NCBI GenBank assembly: GCA_043228905.1
Contig: JBHGNT010000018.1
Coordinates: 14,632,001-14,696,000 of the forward strand
DNA from: Azolla caroliniana
Lineage: Eukaryota; Plantae; Polypodiophyta
Reading direction: 5' to 3'
DNA length: 64,000 nt
A program made the position numbers and the translations under genes. This document shows, piece after piece, positions 50,507 to 62,007 of this stretch; positions within the stretch are counted from its first letter, which is position 1, and every line of letters begins with the position of its first letter. Below the pieces are notes generated by a model, which was given only the letters and a program-made list of their open reading frames with translations, had not been told where the DNA came from and ran no database searches.

Positions 50507-53500
50507 TCGTCGGACGTGACCAAGTCAAAATACGGATGCTGAAGAAGGCTCTAAACCGGACCTTCTCAATGAAAGACTTGGGTCCGGCAAGACAGATGTT
50601 GGGGATGCATATCATTCGGGACCGATCAAAGAAGCAATTATGGCTGTCACAAGAGAAGTACGTGACAAAGGTGCTTCACCGGTTCAACATGTCAGAAGCG
50701 AAACCGGTCGGATCGACACTTCCGGCAAACTGCAAGCTATCCGGTAAGCAGAGCCCAAAGACGAAAGCAGAGAAGGCGGATATGATGAAGATTCCATATG
50801 CCTCTGCCGTCGGGAGCTTGATGTACGCAATGGTGTGTACCCGACCGGATATAGGATACGCAGTCGGAGTGGTGAGCCGGTTCATGAGTAATCCCGGCAA
50901 GGAGCACTGGAACGTAGTCAAATGGATACTCCGGTATTTGAAGGGCATTTCAGATATGTGTCTCCGATTCAGCTCCGGAAAACCTCAACTAGAGGGTTTC
51001 ACCGATTCGGACATGTCGGCTGATGTGGATACCAGCCGGTCTACATCCGGGGGTATGTGATGACATATGCAGGGGGAGCTGTTTCGTGGCAGTCGAGGCT
51101 GCAGAAGACGGTTGCATTGTCAACCACAGAGGCGGAGTACATGGCGGCTGTGGAAGCTGGCAAGGAAATATTATGGATGAAGGACTTCATCGGAGAGCTC
51201 GGTATCCGGCAAGAGGAATACCGACTCTACTGCGACAGTCAAAGTGCCATCCACCTTGCTAAGAATGCGGCCTACCATTCACGAACGAAGCATATCCAGC
51301 GGAGGTATCACTGGATCCGGGAAAGAGTAGATGACCAAGAGTTCGCACTGACGAAGATTCACACGGCCGAGAATGGGTCAGATATGCTGACCAAAGTGCT
51401 GACACCCGACAAGTTGGACGCATGCCGGAAGAGGATCGGACTGGTGAGACACCCCATGCCGGAGCGAAGGGGGAGATTGTTGGGAAACAGGTCCCTCCGG
51501 ATAGGAAGCGAGAAGAACAGAACCGGATGAGGAGTACCCGGTTAAGGAGAACCGGATGCTACAGGCCCGGTGAGAACCGGAAGAGGAGTACCCGGCTACG
51601 GAGAGCCGGATGGTGCAGACCCGGTATGAACCGGATGAGGAGTACCCGGCTACGGAGAGCCGGATGATACAGGCCCGGTGAGAACCGGATGACGCAGACC
51701 CGATGAGAACCAGAGGAAGAGACATATTCGTAAATATGTTTCTGAGAGCCCATCGAGGCTATATTTGTAAATAGCCGAAAAGTCATATTAGTATAAATAT
51801 GACTTAGGGAAAACTTTTAGATATAGTTGGTTGTTGTCATTTTCTTGTTGGTGCAAGAAGAAGAGAGTGTGCGTAACTGTACAGAGAGAGAGAGAGAGAG
51901 AGACGAGGTCGTTGCCTCTGTTGTAACCGCCGCCTGTGCCGAAGATCGTGAGCACGAGGTTGTTGCCTCCGTGAACTCACTGTTTTGTACATTCTTACAT
52001 AGTGACGGTTTGCAGCCCGTGGGCTGCCGTGGTTTTTCCCCTAGTTTAGGGTTTTCCACGTAAACCTCCTGTGTATCTTTCTCCTCTTTGTGTCGTGTTC
52101 TATTTCCCATTTTCTGTGTATGAAAAGAATCTCGGTTGTGGCCGAGCTTTGTGCATAAGGAACGTTGGGTTCCCGTCAATATCTTAATCGGTGAAACCGT
52201 CAAGTTGAGGTTTACCGGAGCCGAATCGGAGACACATAGTTGAGGTGCCTTTTAAGTACCGGAGTATCCATTTTACCGCATTTCAGTGCTCCTTGCCGGG
52301 ATTGCTCATAAACCGGCTCACCACTCCGACTGCGTATCCGATATTCGATCGGCTACACACCATTGTGTACATTAAGCTCCCGATGGCAGAGGCATATGGT
52401 ATCTTCATCATATTCGCCTTCTCTTCCTTCGTCTTCGGGCTTTGCTCACCAGATAACCTGCAATTCACTAGGAGTGTCGATTCGACCGGTTTCGCATCTG
52501 ACATGTTGAACTGCTGAAGCACCTTTGTCACGTACTTCTCCTGTGACAGCCACAATTGCTTCTTTGACCGGTCCCGGATGATATGCATCCCCAGTATCTG
52601 TCTTGCCGGACCCAAGTCTTTCATTGAGAAAGTCCGGTTAAGGGCCTTCTTCAACATCCGAATCTTCGCTTGGTCCTGTCCGACGATCAACATGTCGTTC
52701 ACGTACAGGAGTATCAGGAAGTTTCCAACTTCAAACTTCTTCACAAACATGAAGTGGTTGGCTTGCGTCTTGTGGTATCCTTGATCTGTCATGAAGGAAT
52801 CGAACTTCCGGTACCATTGTCGGAGAGCCTGCTTCAAACCGTAGAGGCTCTTCTTCAACCGGCAAACCAGGTGCTCCTTCCCTTTTTTCACAAATCCCTC
52901 CGGTTGCTGCATGTAGATCTCCTCTTCGAGGTCACCATGGAGGAACACCGTCTTCATTTCTAACTGCTCTACCTCGAGGTCCATGCTTGCCGCTATGCTT
53001 AGCACCGTCAAGATGGAAGTCATCTTTATTACCGGGGCAAATATCTCGTCAAAGTCCATGCCCTTCCTCTGCTGGAACCCCTTCACCACGATCATGGCTT
53101 TGTATCTCGGGGGGTTACTGGCATCTCCCGGTTTCAGCTTGTACACCCACTTGTTTCGGAGTGCCCTCTTTCCTTTCAGCAACTCCACCAATTCATACGT
53201 GTGGTTCTCATGTAGGGAATCCATCTCGTCCTGCATGGCACTCAACCACTTGCGGCTATGGGTGTCATCCTTCGCTTCTTCGAAGCTTTCCGGCTCCTCC
53301 TCATCGGTCAGCAACACATGCTCTACATCCGGAAATCTCCGAGGGGCTCTTCTTTCCTGGAGAGGATATCTCCGTCCTCAGTTTTTGGTAACCGGCTCCT
53401 ACGTCTGTTCTTCATCCGAGTCCCATTCGAGATCTTGGTGGTTCCGGTTCCAGTTTCCTCTTCTTCTTCTTCTACCGGTTCGGTATCCCTACCATAACCG

Positions 53501-56500
53501 GCCGGTTCTTCGAGTGTCAACTGGCTCTCAACCAAGTAGGTCTGAATCTCATCGAACCGATCCTTACCGGTCGACTCAGAGTTCATTATCTTCTTCTCCG
53601 ACTCCCAGTTTGCAAGGGTCTTGTCCTCCATGAAGATAATATCACGACTCCGGAACACCTTCTTGTCGACGGGGTCCCACACTCGGTAGCCGAACTCATC
53701 ATCGCCATATCCGAGGAATATGCAAGGCCGAGACTTTGGATCCAACTTTGCTCTCCGGTCCTTTGCCACATGCACGTAAACGAGACACCCGAACACCTTC
53801 AAGTGCCGGTAAGACACTTCCTTACCGGTCCATACTTTCTGTGGTGTGTCTCCATCCAAGGGCATTGAGGGTGATCTGTTTATCACATACGTCCCCTTTA
53901 GTTCTGGCGTCTTCGGCACGGTAAATTCGAGCCAGATTCCCTTCGAGCGGTAGCACTCCTCAAACTACCCCCGGTATTCGCCTCCATTATCTGCTTGAAC
54001 CACCTTCAACTTCCAGTTGGTTTCTCTTTCCACTCTTGCGTGGAGCTCCCTAAAGACGGATAACACTTGATCCTTCATCTTCAACGGTGTGGCCCACAGC
54101 TTCCGGTTGTGGTCATCTATGAACATCACGAAGTACTACGATCCGGCATGTCACTTCGTGTCCACTTGACACACATTGGTCTGCACCAGCTCCAGTGGTG
54201 CATTACGTCTCATCGGTTGCCTTGAGCGGAAGGAGGTCCGGTTTTGCTTACCGGCCAAGCAGTCGGTGCACTTCTCAAGATGCACGTCTTTCACCGGAAT
54301 GAGGTTGCCATCAGCAAGCCTCTTCATCCCCTTCTCGCTCATGTGACAGAATCTCTTGTGCCACTACTCACCGGTAGAGTCGGATGCAACGTTCACTTCT
54401 TCCCGGCATAACCGGGCATTCATTAGGTACAGTGTGTTGACTTTCCGCGCCCAAGCCACTATTAGGCTCCCTTTGCTGAACTTCATGACTCTGTTCCATA
54501 TGCTACCTATGTACCCTTCATCGTCTAGCCGACCGGCTGATATTAGGTTCAGTCGAACCTCCGGAACGTGTCGGACATCCTTCAACAACAACTTGCATCG
54601 GGTTGGTGTTGTCAGCCACACGTCTCCTATGCCGACAATTCGGCATGTACCTTCATTCCCCATCCGAACAGTGTCATGATCACCAGTTGTATAGGATGAG
54701 AAGCATTTCCGATCCGGGGTCAGATGGAACGACACTCCGGAATCGACAACGCACGTTGTCTCGTCGCCGGTAAGGTTCAACTCACTCTCCTCGGTGATGA
54801 GCATGAACTCCTCTTCACTTTCCGCGATTGTTGTCATTCCCTTCCGGTCCGGTCCTCGCCAATCCAAACCGTTTCAGTCCGGTGACTTCTTCGAATCGGT
54901 ACTGTCGGTTCCCTTGTCTTTCCGGAAATGCCGACAGTTCTTCTGGAAGTGCCCCGGCTTCCCACAGTAGAAGCAAGTGGGCCTTCCCCTTGACTTTGAC
55001 CGTGTCCCCGACTTTTCCCGGTTCTGGGGACTCCGGTTCCTTTGTCTTCCACATTCTGATTCGGTAAGGAGCGCTTTGGAGTCGGAGCTTGTATCCTTGT
55101 CTTTCTAACGCGCCTCCTCATCTAGCAAGCTCGACTTGACTCTTCCTAGGGATAGTTGTTTTCCTTCCGGTCCGGCGTTGCCCAAAGTGACAACTAAAAT
55201 CTCCCAGCTATCTGGGAGGGAACCGAGCAGGAGCAGTGCTAGTACCTCATCGGCAAGGGGTACTTCCAATGATGTTGCCTGGTGAATCAGCCAATCATGT
55301 GCTCGCCATGCTGGAGCCATCTTGGTACCGGAGCCTCACTAGCTTCCGAAATACCAAAACCCGATTTACAGAATTTTTGTTCTGAAACATAATGTCGATC
55401 TTCTCCCAAAGCTCATGAGCCTTGCTCTCTTCATTGAAGTTGTTGTACATGCTTATGTTGTACTGGATGTAAGCCGTTGTCTTCATGTGCCTCACCTCCC
55501 ACAACGTGGCGTCAATCTTGTCTGGTCTCTTGTCCTTGGACTGAACCGGCAACCAGAGATATTTGACCACGAGCATGTCCCTCATCTTCGACTTCCACAC
55601 TAAGTAGTTGGAGCCAGTGAACTTGAACATGCCGCCAATGATTCTTCCATTTTCTGTGTTGTTTCGCTTTGATACCAGATTGCAGTGAATATGCGGAATA
55701 ATGCTCAGCCACAACCGAGTCTTCAATCACTTCGTTGAGAATTACAAACACAGAAATGGGAATGTGGAGATAGATGCACGTATACACAAAACATTGTAAG
55801 CAAGAGAGTACACAAGATATTAACATGGAAAACCCTGAGAGGGAAAAACCACGGGAGCCCACAAACCCCAAACTATCACTATGTCAAAAGAATACAACAG
55901 AGAGGCACAGAGGCAACGACCTCGTGCTCACTCTCTTCGCCTGGTGGCAGTTACAACAGAGAATCACTCTATGTCTCTCTCTCTCTGTTATGCTCTGTAT
56001 AACAATTACTCATACAATAACTCTATACAACGATAATGACAACAACCATGCACGCTGTTTGCCCTAGCTCATATTTATACTAAAATGACTTTCGGGCTAT
56101 TTACAAATATAGCCCCAGTGGGCTCTCTAGAAGATGTTTGCATATATGTCCCTTCATCTGGTGAGAGGTTCTCACCGGGCCTGCAACATCCAGTTCTCAC
56201 CGGGTCTTCCTTGCCGGGTACTCATCATCCATTTCTCACTGGGCCTTCATCCGGTTCTTACCGGGCCTACATAATCCAGTTATCACCGGGCCTTCATCAT
56301 CCCATCCGGAGGAACCAAAATCCGAACAAAATATGTGTCTACGTGGATTATCATAAGCTAAACGCCATAGCAATTACGGATGCATTTCCCTTACCTTTTA
56401 TAGATAGTGTACTAGACGTCGTCATGGGCCATGATATGTATAGTTTTTTGGATGGCTTCAGCGGATACAATCAAGGACGCGTGCACTCTAACGACCAAGA

Positions 56501-58716
56501 GAAGACCGCGTTCATCACGAACTAGGGCGTGTTCGTCGCTGTAGTAGTGATGTTTGGTCTGAAAACAACGCTTGCCGCTTTCCAACGAGCAATTACGAAA
56601 GATTTTTGGAGAGTATATACCTGCATTTATGCAAGTTTTTCTCGACGACTTTGCGGTGTATGGAATGCAAAGTGAACATTTGGGTCATCTATGGTTTCGT
56701 TTGGAACGCTGCCGTACGTCACGGCTTAGTTTTAATCCAGCGAAATGTGCATTTGGTGTCACCAGCGGACCACTCCTCAGACATATAGTAAGCAAGGAGG
56801 GGATACCAGTAGACCCTAACAAAATCACGGCAATCATTGAAGCAAAGACCCCAACTAATGCCAAAGCCCTTAGCAGCTTCTTAGGGCAAATACGTTGGCA
56901 CAACCATATGTTACAATACTTGGCGGATTTCGCGACTCCATTACACCTCGTTGTACATCGTACTCCTTTCAAGTGAACGGTAGTGGAAGACAAAGCGTAC
57001 GAGGCACTGAGATAATGCTAACCCAAGCACCAGTCATACAACCACCAAATTGGACGAAATCTTTTCACATATTTGTAGATGCCTCAGATATCGCAATAGG
57101 CAGCACAGTGATGTAGCTCACAGAGCCTAACTAGTACCGACCAGTTTATTACACCAGTCGTAAGTTATAAGATGCCGAACAGAACTACTCCACGATCGAG
57201 CGTGAGGCCTTGGGTATGATCTACAACATCAACAAATTCTGGCATTATCTACTCGGGTGAAAATTTACGTTTCACGTAGGCCACGCGGTATTACTCTACA
57301 TGGTCGAGATGTAGACGTTGACAGGGAAGCTGGCCAAATGGATGCTACTGCTGTAAGAGTTCGACTTCGTGATTCAACATCGGTCAGGTACGCAGCATGC
57401 CGTAGCTAATTTCTTAAGCAGAGTAGATAACGATGATAACACGTTGCGACAAGATGATGACTTTCCTGACGCTGATATTCTACGGGTCGCGAACACGGCA
57501 TCACGAGAAGAAAAGAATTTTCCAGATCATTGTCTAATGGAGATGACTTACTTTTTGACCACGGAACTGCCACACCACAACTACGGACGGACGAAAAGAA
57601 ACGATTGGTAGTCTAGAGTCAGAATTTTTGTCTAGTCGAGGGCGTACTATACCATAAAGGTAGCGATGGAATTTGACGGTGCGGAATACAACAGGATGAG
57701 AAGGAAGTCGATGCCCAAGACATGGCTAGGAAGCTCAACATCGACACAATGACAAATGCTAGTATCCTGAAGAAGTTGTGTTTTTCTGCAACGGGTGAGA
57801 AGCACTTTGAAATTCCTCCATCCGACGAACTAGAGAAGTATTTTGGAGCATATTCGACATGTGCCAAGGCGTACAGAATAAAGAAAATCCCAAATCCATT
57901 TTTTCGGGAGATTGCAAAGTTCCTGCTGGAAGTCGGATGCGTACATGTCAACGCCTACTGGATGCCGAAACAGAAGGCAAGCATTATCATCGACAAATTC
58001 GAAGGTCGCGCAGTAGATTGGGGAGTAATTACAGGACCAGCGCTGTGAGAGGGACTACATGCATACCAAGCCGGAAAAAAGCTAAGGCCGACCATTCAAC
58101 AATACCTTACAATATTGTTTCCACCGCACGGACTTCCCGCCCCACTGACTAGCAAACCTATGCCCCACCACGATCAACGAAATGGAAGCTAGCGGAATTG
58201 GCAACCACGGAATGGGAAGAAGAACCATAGCCTTCCCACCCCGTCATGGAACCAACGCAGCCGGAACAACCAATAGAGACCATCGAAGCACCAACAACAA
58301 CAGGTGAGCAGGAACCGGAGCACAACCGCGGAAGCCCAAGGCCTAAGCGTCGTAGGCTAGATCGGAAGGATGGGCACGGACTAGTAAAAGATACAACCAC
58401 ACCAGTCAAAACTTCCGCCCCCACGGAGCCCACAACTACATTAGAGATCATCCGTGAGCCACAACCAATCATTACGGCTCAGTCTCAACATGGCAAAGGA
58501 GTGCTCACAGCTGAAAGCGAAGTCCTGAAATATCTGGACATTCCGGATATGGCCCATGAGTTCAGTACACTATTGCAATTTGGAACGACATACGAACTCA
58601 TGGAATTCTTGGCGACACAAGGTAAAGTACAATGCTAACGGTTCGGTCAACCGGTACAAGGCCCGGTTCGTGGCCAAAGCATACGCACAAACCCACGGAA
58701 TTGACTACGACGAGAC

Positions 58717-61700
58717 TGTTGAGCGAACAAGCTCAGCCGTATCCAGATCGGTTGAACAAGCCAAAGCCGGATTGATATCCGGATCTGTGAGCCAGATCAG
58801 ACAGATGGATCGGAGAGCCGGATTCAAATGTGAACCGAAAGGCTAGTAGTAGCCTATACTCTTAGTCTACTAGGTAGTCAAAGTCCTCGTAGTTAGTGCC
58901 AGCCGCTCATATGAGCATTGAAGTAATAGTACTTCTGTCAGTCCTTTTGAGGACTTGTATAAATAGTGTTGTTTAGCACGTTGTATAAACAGTGTGATAC
59001 AGAGTGTTAGTTTTTTAATAGAGTTTATGTTCTGCTCTCTCTATCTCTCTGTCTCTCCCGTGTATGCTAAATACTCTCAAGGTTCAATTGGTTTTTATTC
59101 TCTACTGCTACCCAGCTAAACTGGTTTTGTAAAGCTTCCACACGCTAACTTTTACATAGTATCAGAGCGCGAGGGTTGAGACTCCTCTGTAGCCGACAGA
59201 CGCTTTCGACGACAAACCCTAACACCCGGTGAAGAACAATAGAGAACCAAAATGGACAAAGGTATGGCAAGTTCTCTTCCCACAGAAAAGCTCGACCGAA
59301 GCAACTATGCATCCTGGTCATATAAAATGCACCAGTACCTATTGGGGCATGGATATTGGAGCTATGTGGAAGGAACTAAAGAGGTAGCACGAGAGATGAC
59401 ACACAAAGACTTTCTGGCATGGGAGCAAGGAGCGAGCCGAGTATTGTACTGCCTCACGTCCAGTGTGCACGATCAGATGCTCGGTTACATCAAGGATGCA
59501 AATACGCCAAAGGAGGCCTGGAAAAATCTACAAAAGATTTTCGCCGCAAGTACCACAACCCATAAGTTGTAGCTCCGGCAAGAGCTGAACAACATCCGAC
59601 AGAGAGATATGTCGGTTATGGACTACACCACCAAGTTCAAGGAGATCTGCGATGCACTCGGATCAATCAACATAACGGTGGAAGAAGATGAGATGGTCTA
59701 GATCTGTTTTGGTGGTCTAGCACAACGCTACGGGCCAATCCGGATGGCAATTTGCACCCAAGAGAAGCCATTGTCCTTCTTCGACTTACAATCCATGTTG
59801 ATGGTCGAAGAAAACCACGTGAGTGGGTCGAGGACCACTGAATTGGACAACCGGATGTTGTACACGGAGGCGGATCGACCCCGTGGGTGTGGGCGTGGAG
59901 GACAAGGTGGGTCGACACGCAATGGAAGCGCCTGGTAAGAGCAGAACCGAAGGCACAAAGACGGTGCCGACAGCAGTTCCAGACCCTCCACAAGCAGGGG
60001 GAGTCATGTCGGAGTTGGAAACCGGCAATCGAAAACCGACACAGAATGCTGGTACTGTGGCAAGAAAGGCCATAGAGAGAGTGTGTGTGTTAGAAGAAGC
60101 GTGCCGATTCAGATAAATCCGGATCCAACAAGGCGAACAAGGGAATCATCAAAGCTCGCACTACGCAGAAGGATTGGAAGTATCTGGAACTGGGAAGACA
60201 GGAAAAGGGCTAGCCTTCGTGATGAAGCACAAGGCGAACTTGATCAAGAAGTATGGTATGTTGATTCCAGAGCGTCAAACCACATGACGAGCCACGAAGA
60301 GTGGTTCTCATTTTCGGAGAAACCGGAACAATCGGGAATCGTCGAAACCGGAGCGACACCCCTCACACGATTGTGCATGTTGGAGATGTCCCTTTAAGCC
60401 ATGTTGGACAAAAGGGAAAGCTGATGAACGTACTACACGTTCTAACAATCACAAAGAACTTGGTGTCAGTCGGACATATCGTCGACCAAGGAATGCAAGT
60501 GTGGTTTATGCACCTCGGGTGCTTCATCGAGGAAGAAGTCGGATAATCGTGGAAGGGCGTAGAGAAGGGAGGATGTTCATCCTCAACACAAATGATGTCG
60601 GCGCTGCCATGTTTGCCAAAGGACAAAAGATTCAATCGGACATCGATCTCTGGCATAAGTGGATTGGCCACATTAACTACCGGAGGCTTCAAGATCTGCA
60701 ATCGAAACAAGTTGTGTTTGAATTGCCCAAGTTTAGTGACCGGAAGGCCCAAATATGTGAAGCCTGCCAACTTGGGAAGCAACATCAGCTTCCATTCCCC
60801 ACTGAATGAAACTGGAGCCGTAACAAGCTCGATCTAATCCATTCGGATGTATGGGGATCAGCACAGAACGTTAGTCTTGGCAAGAGTCGGTATTTGTCTC
60901 CTTCATCGACGACTACAACTGGCACACATGGATCTACCTCATTGAGAAGAAAAGTGAAGTGTTTGATTGTTTCCAGAACCTTCAAAGCTTAGTCGAAAGG
61001 AAAACAGAGAGGAAGAAAAAGTGTTTGTGGTCAGATGGCGGAAAAGAATACTTTTCCGACCAATTCAACAGTTATCTGCAACAAAAAAGAATTTGGAGAG
61101 AATTCAGCTGCCGAACAAAACTGTGTGGCCGAAAGAAAGAACCGACTAATTGTCAACACGGCAAGGGCAATGCTAGAGGAGAAGAGCATTCCCAAATTCT
61201 ACTGGGCTGAGGCGGTCCGGACGGCCGTCTACATCCAAAACCGGATCGGGGATGAGGTGTCAGCACATGAGTTGTATTTTTAAGCAGAAGCTGAATTTGA
61301 GACACCTTCGTATATTCAGTAGCATAGCATATGTGCATGTACCAAATGAGAAGTAGAGGAAGTTGGATCTGAAATCGGAGAAGTGCATACTCGTCGGCTA
61401 CTTGCATGAACAAAAGGGGTATAAGTATTATAACCCCCAGACTAAACAGGTACGAGTAAGTTGAGATGTCAAGTTTGATGAGTCGGCGTCATGGTACTCC
61501 CTACTGACTCCAACTCCCGTCGAATACCCGATTCCGGAGGATGAGGCTAGTGAACCCGGAGAGGTTCAAGAAGAAGATGAAGGATTTGGTACTCTAGATG
61601 AGAGTTCGATTTCATTCCGTCTAAGTGGACCGAATGAGCGGCTGAGTCAAGATGACCAGTCGGATGAAGAACCGGCGAGTAGTGGAGACTCTATCGTGCT

Positions 61701-62007
61701 CTCCCCGCGCAAGGAACCGAGGAGACAATTCACGCGCAAAGAGAAGGGGGAAGAAGAAGATGCCGGAATACGATACCAGTAGTGAAGGGTTAGATCGAAA
61801 CGAATCTGACCCCGGAAAGGAAGAAGGCGGATCTCCAAAAAGGAAGTCTGAACCGGCCAAGAAGGGCCTCAAACCGGGAAACGAAAAGTTACGCCGGTCA
61901 ACCCTTCAAAAGAAAACCGTCATGAGGTACAGGTACAATGATTACATGGTGCATCACTATGCATACATGACTAAGGTGGTGGAAGTGCGTGAGCCGGAGA
62001 GCTACAC
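58717..62007 (+). mobile_element. Ty1/copia family C2, 5' half, inserted into another copia RT fragment and interrupted at 62008
   Basis: LTR 58717-59156; PBS TAGTATCAGAGC; gag MASSLPTEKLDRSNYASWSYKM (59252); knuckle CWYCGKKGH; protease WYVDSRASNHMT; integrase fragments. Confidence 0.88.

Larger units (their letters stand above)
46987..52178 (+). mobile_element. Young Ty1/copia (family C1) nested in the RNase H region of its relative; internal RT deletion
   Basis: LTRs 46987-47815 and 51478-52178; iMet PBS TGGTATCAGAGC (47818-47829); PPT GAAGGGGGAG; perfect TSD ATATC (46982-46986, 52179-52183). Confidence 0.95.
45917..56328 (-). mobile_element. Full-length decayed Ty1/copia (family C1)
   Basis: LTRs 55681-56328 and 45917-46521; PBS TGGTATCAAAGC (55666-55677); gag 55295-55726; RT 52283-53317; PPT ~46523-46533; perfect TSD AAATA (45912-45916, 56329-56333). 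Confidence 0.93.
43900..58620 (+). mobile_element. Ty3/gypsy (Athila/Tat-like) remnant split by copia 45917-56328; integrase largely deleted
   Basis: CFKCQQPGHYATQC knuckle (~44472), protease IIDRGSGVN, RT LLREYKDVFAWS...KKSGK|ICVYVDY continuous across the insertion, FLDGFSGYNQ, VFLDDF, RNase H FVDASD; extra ORF region 57722-58638. Boundaries are approximate. Confidence 0.8.

Noticed and set aside
57722-58638. Novel protein-coding gene
   Set aside because: Interrupted by stops and located in the 3' region of an Athila/Tat-like element, where extra ORFs are common.
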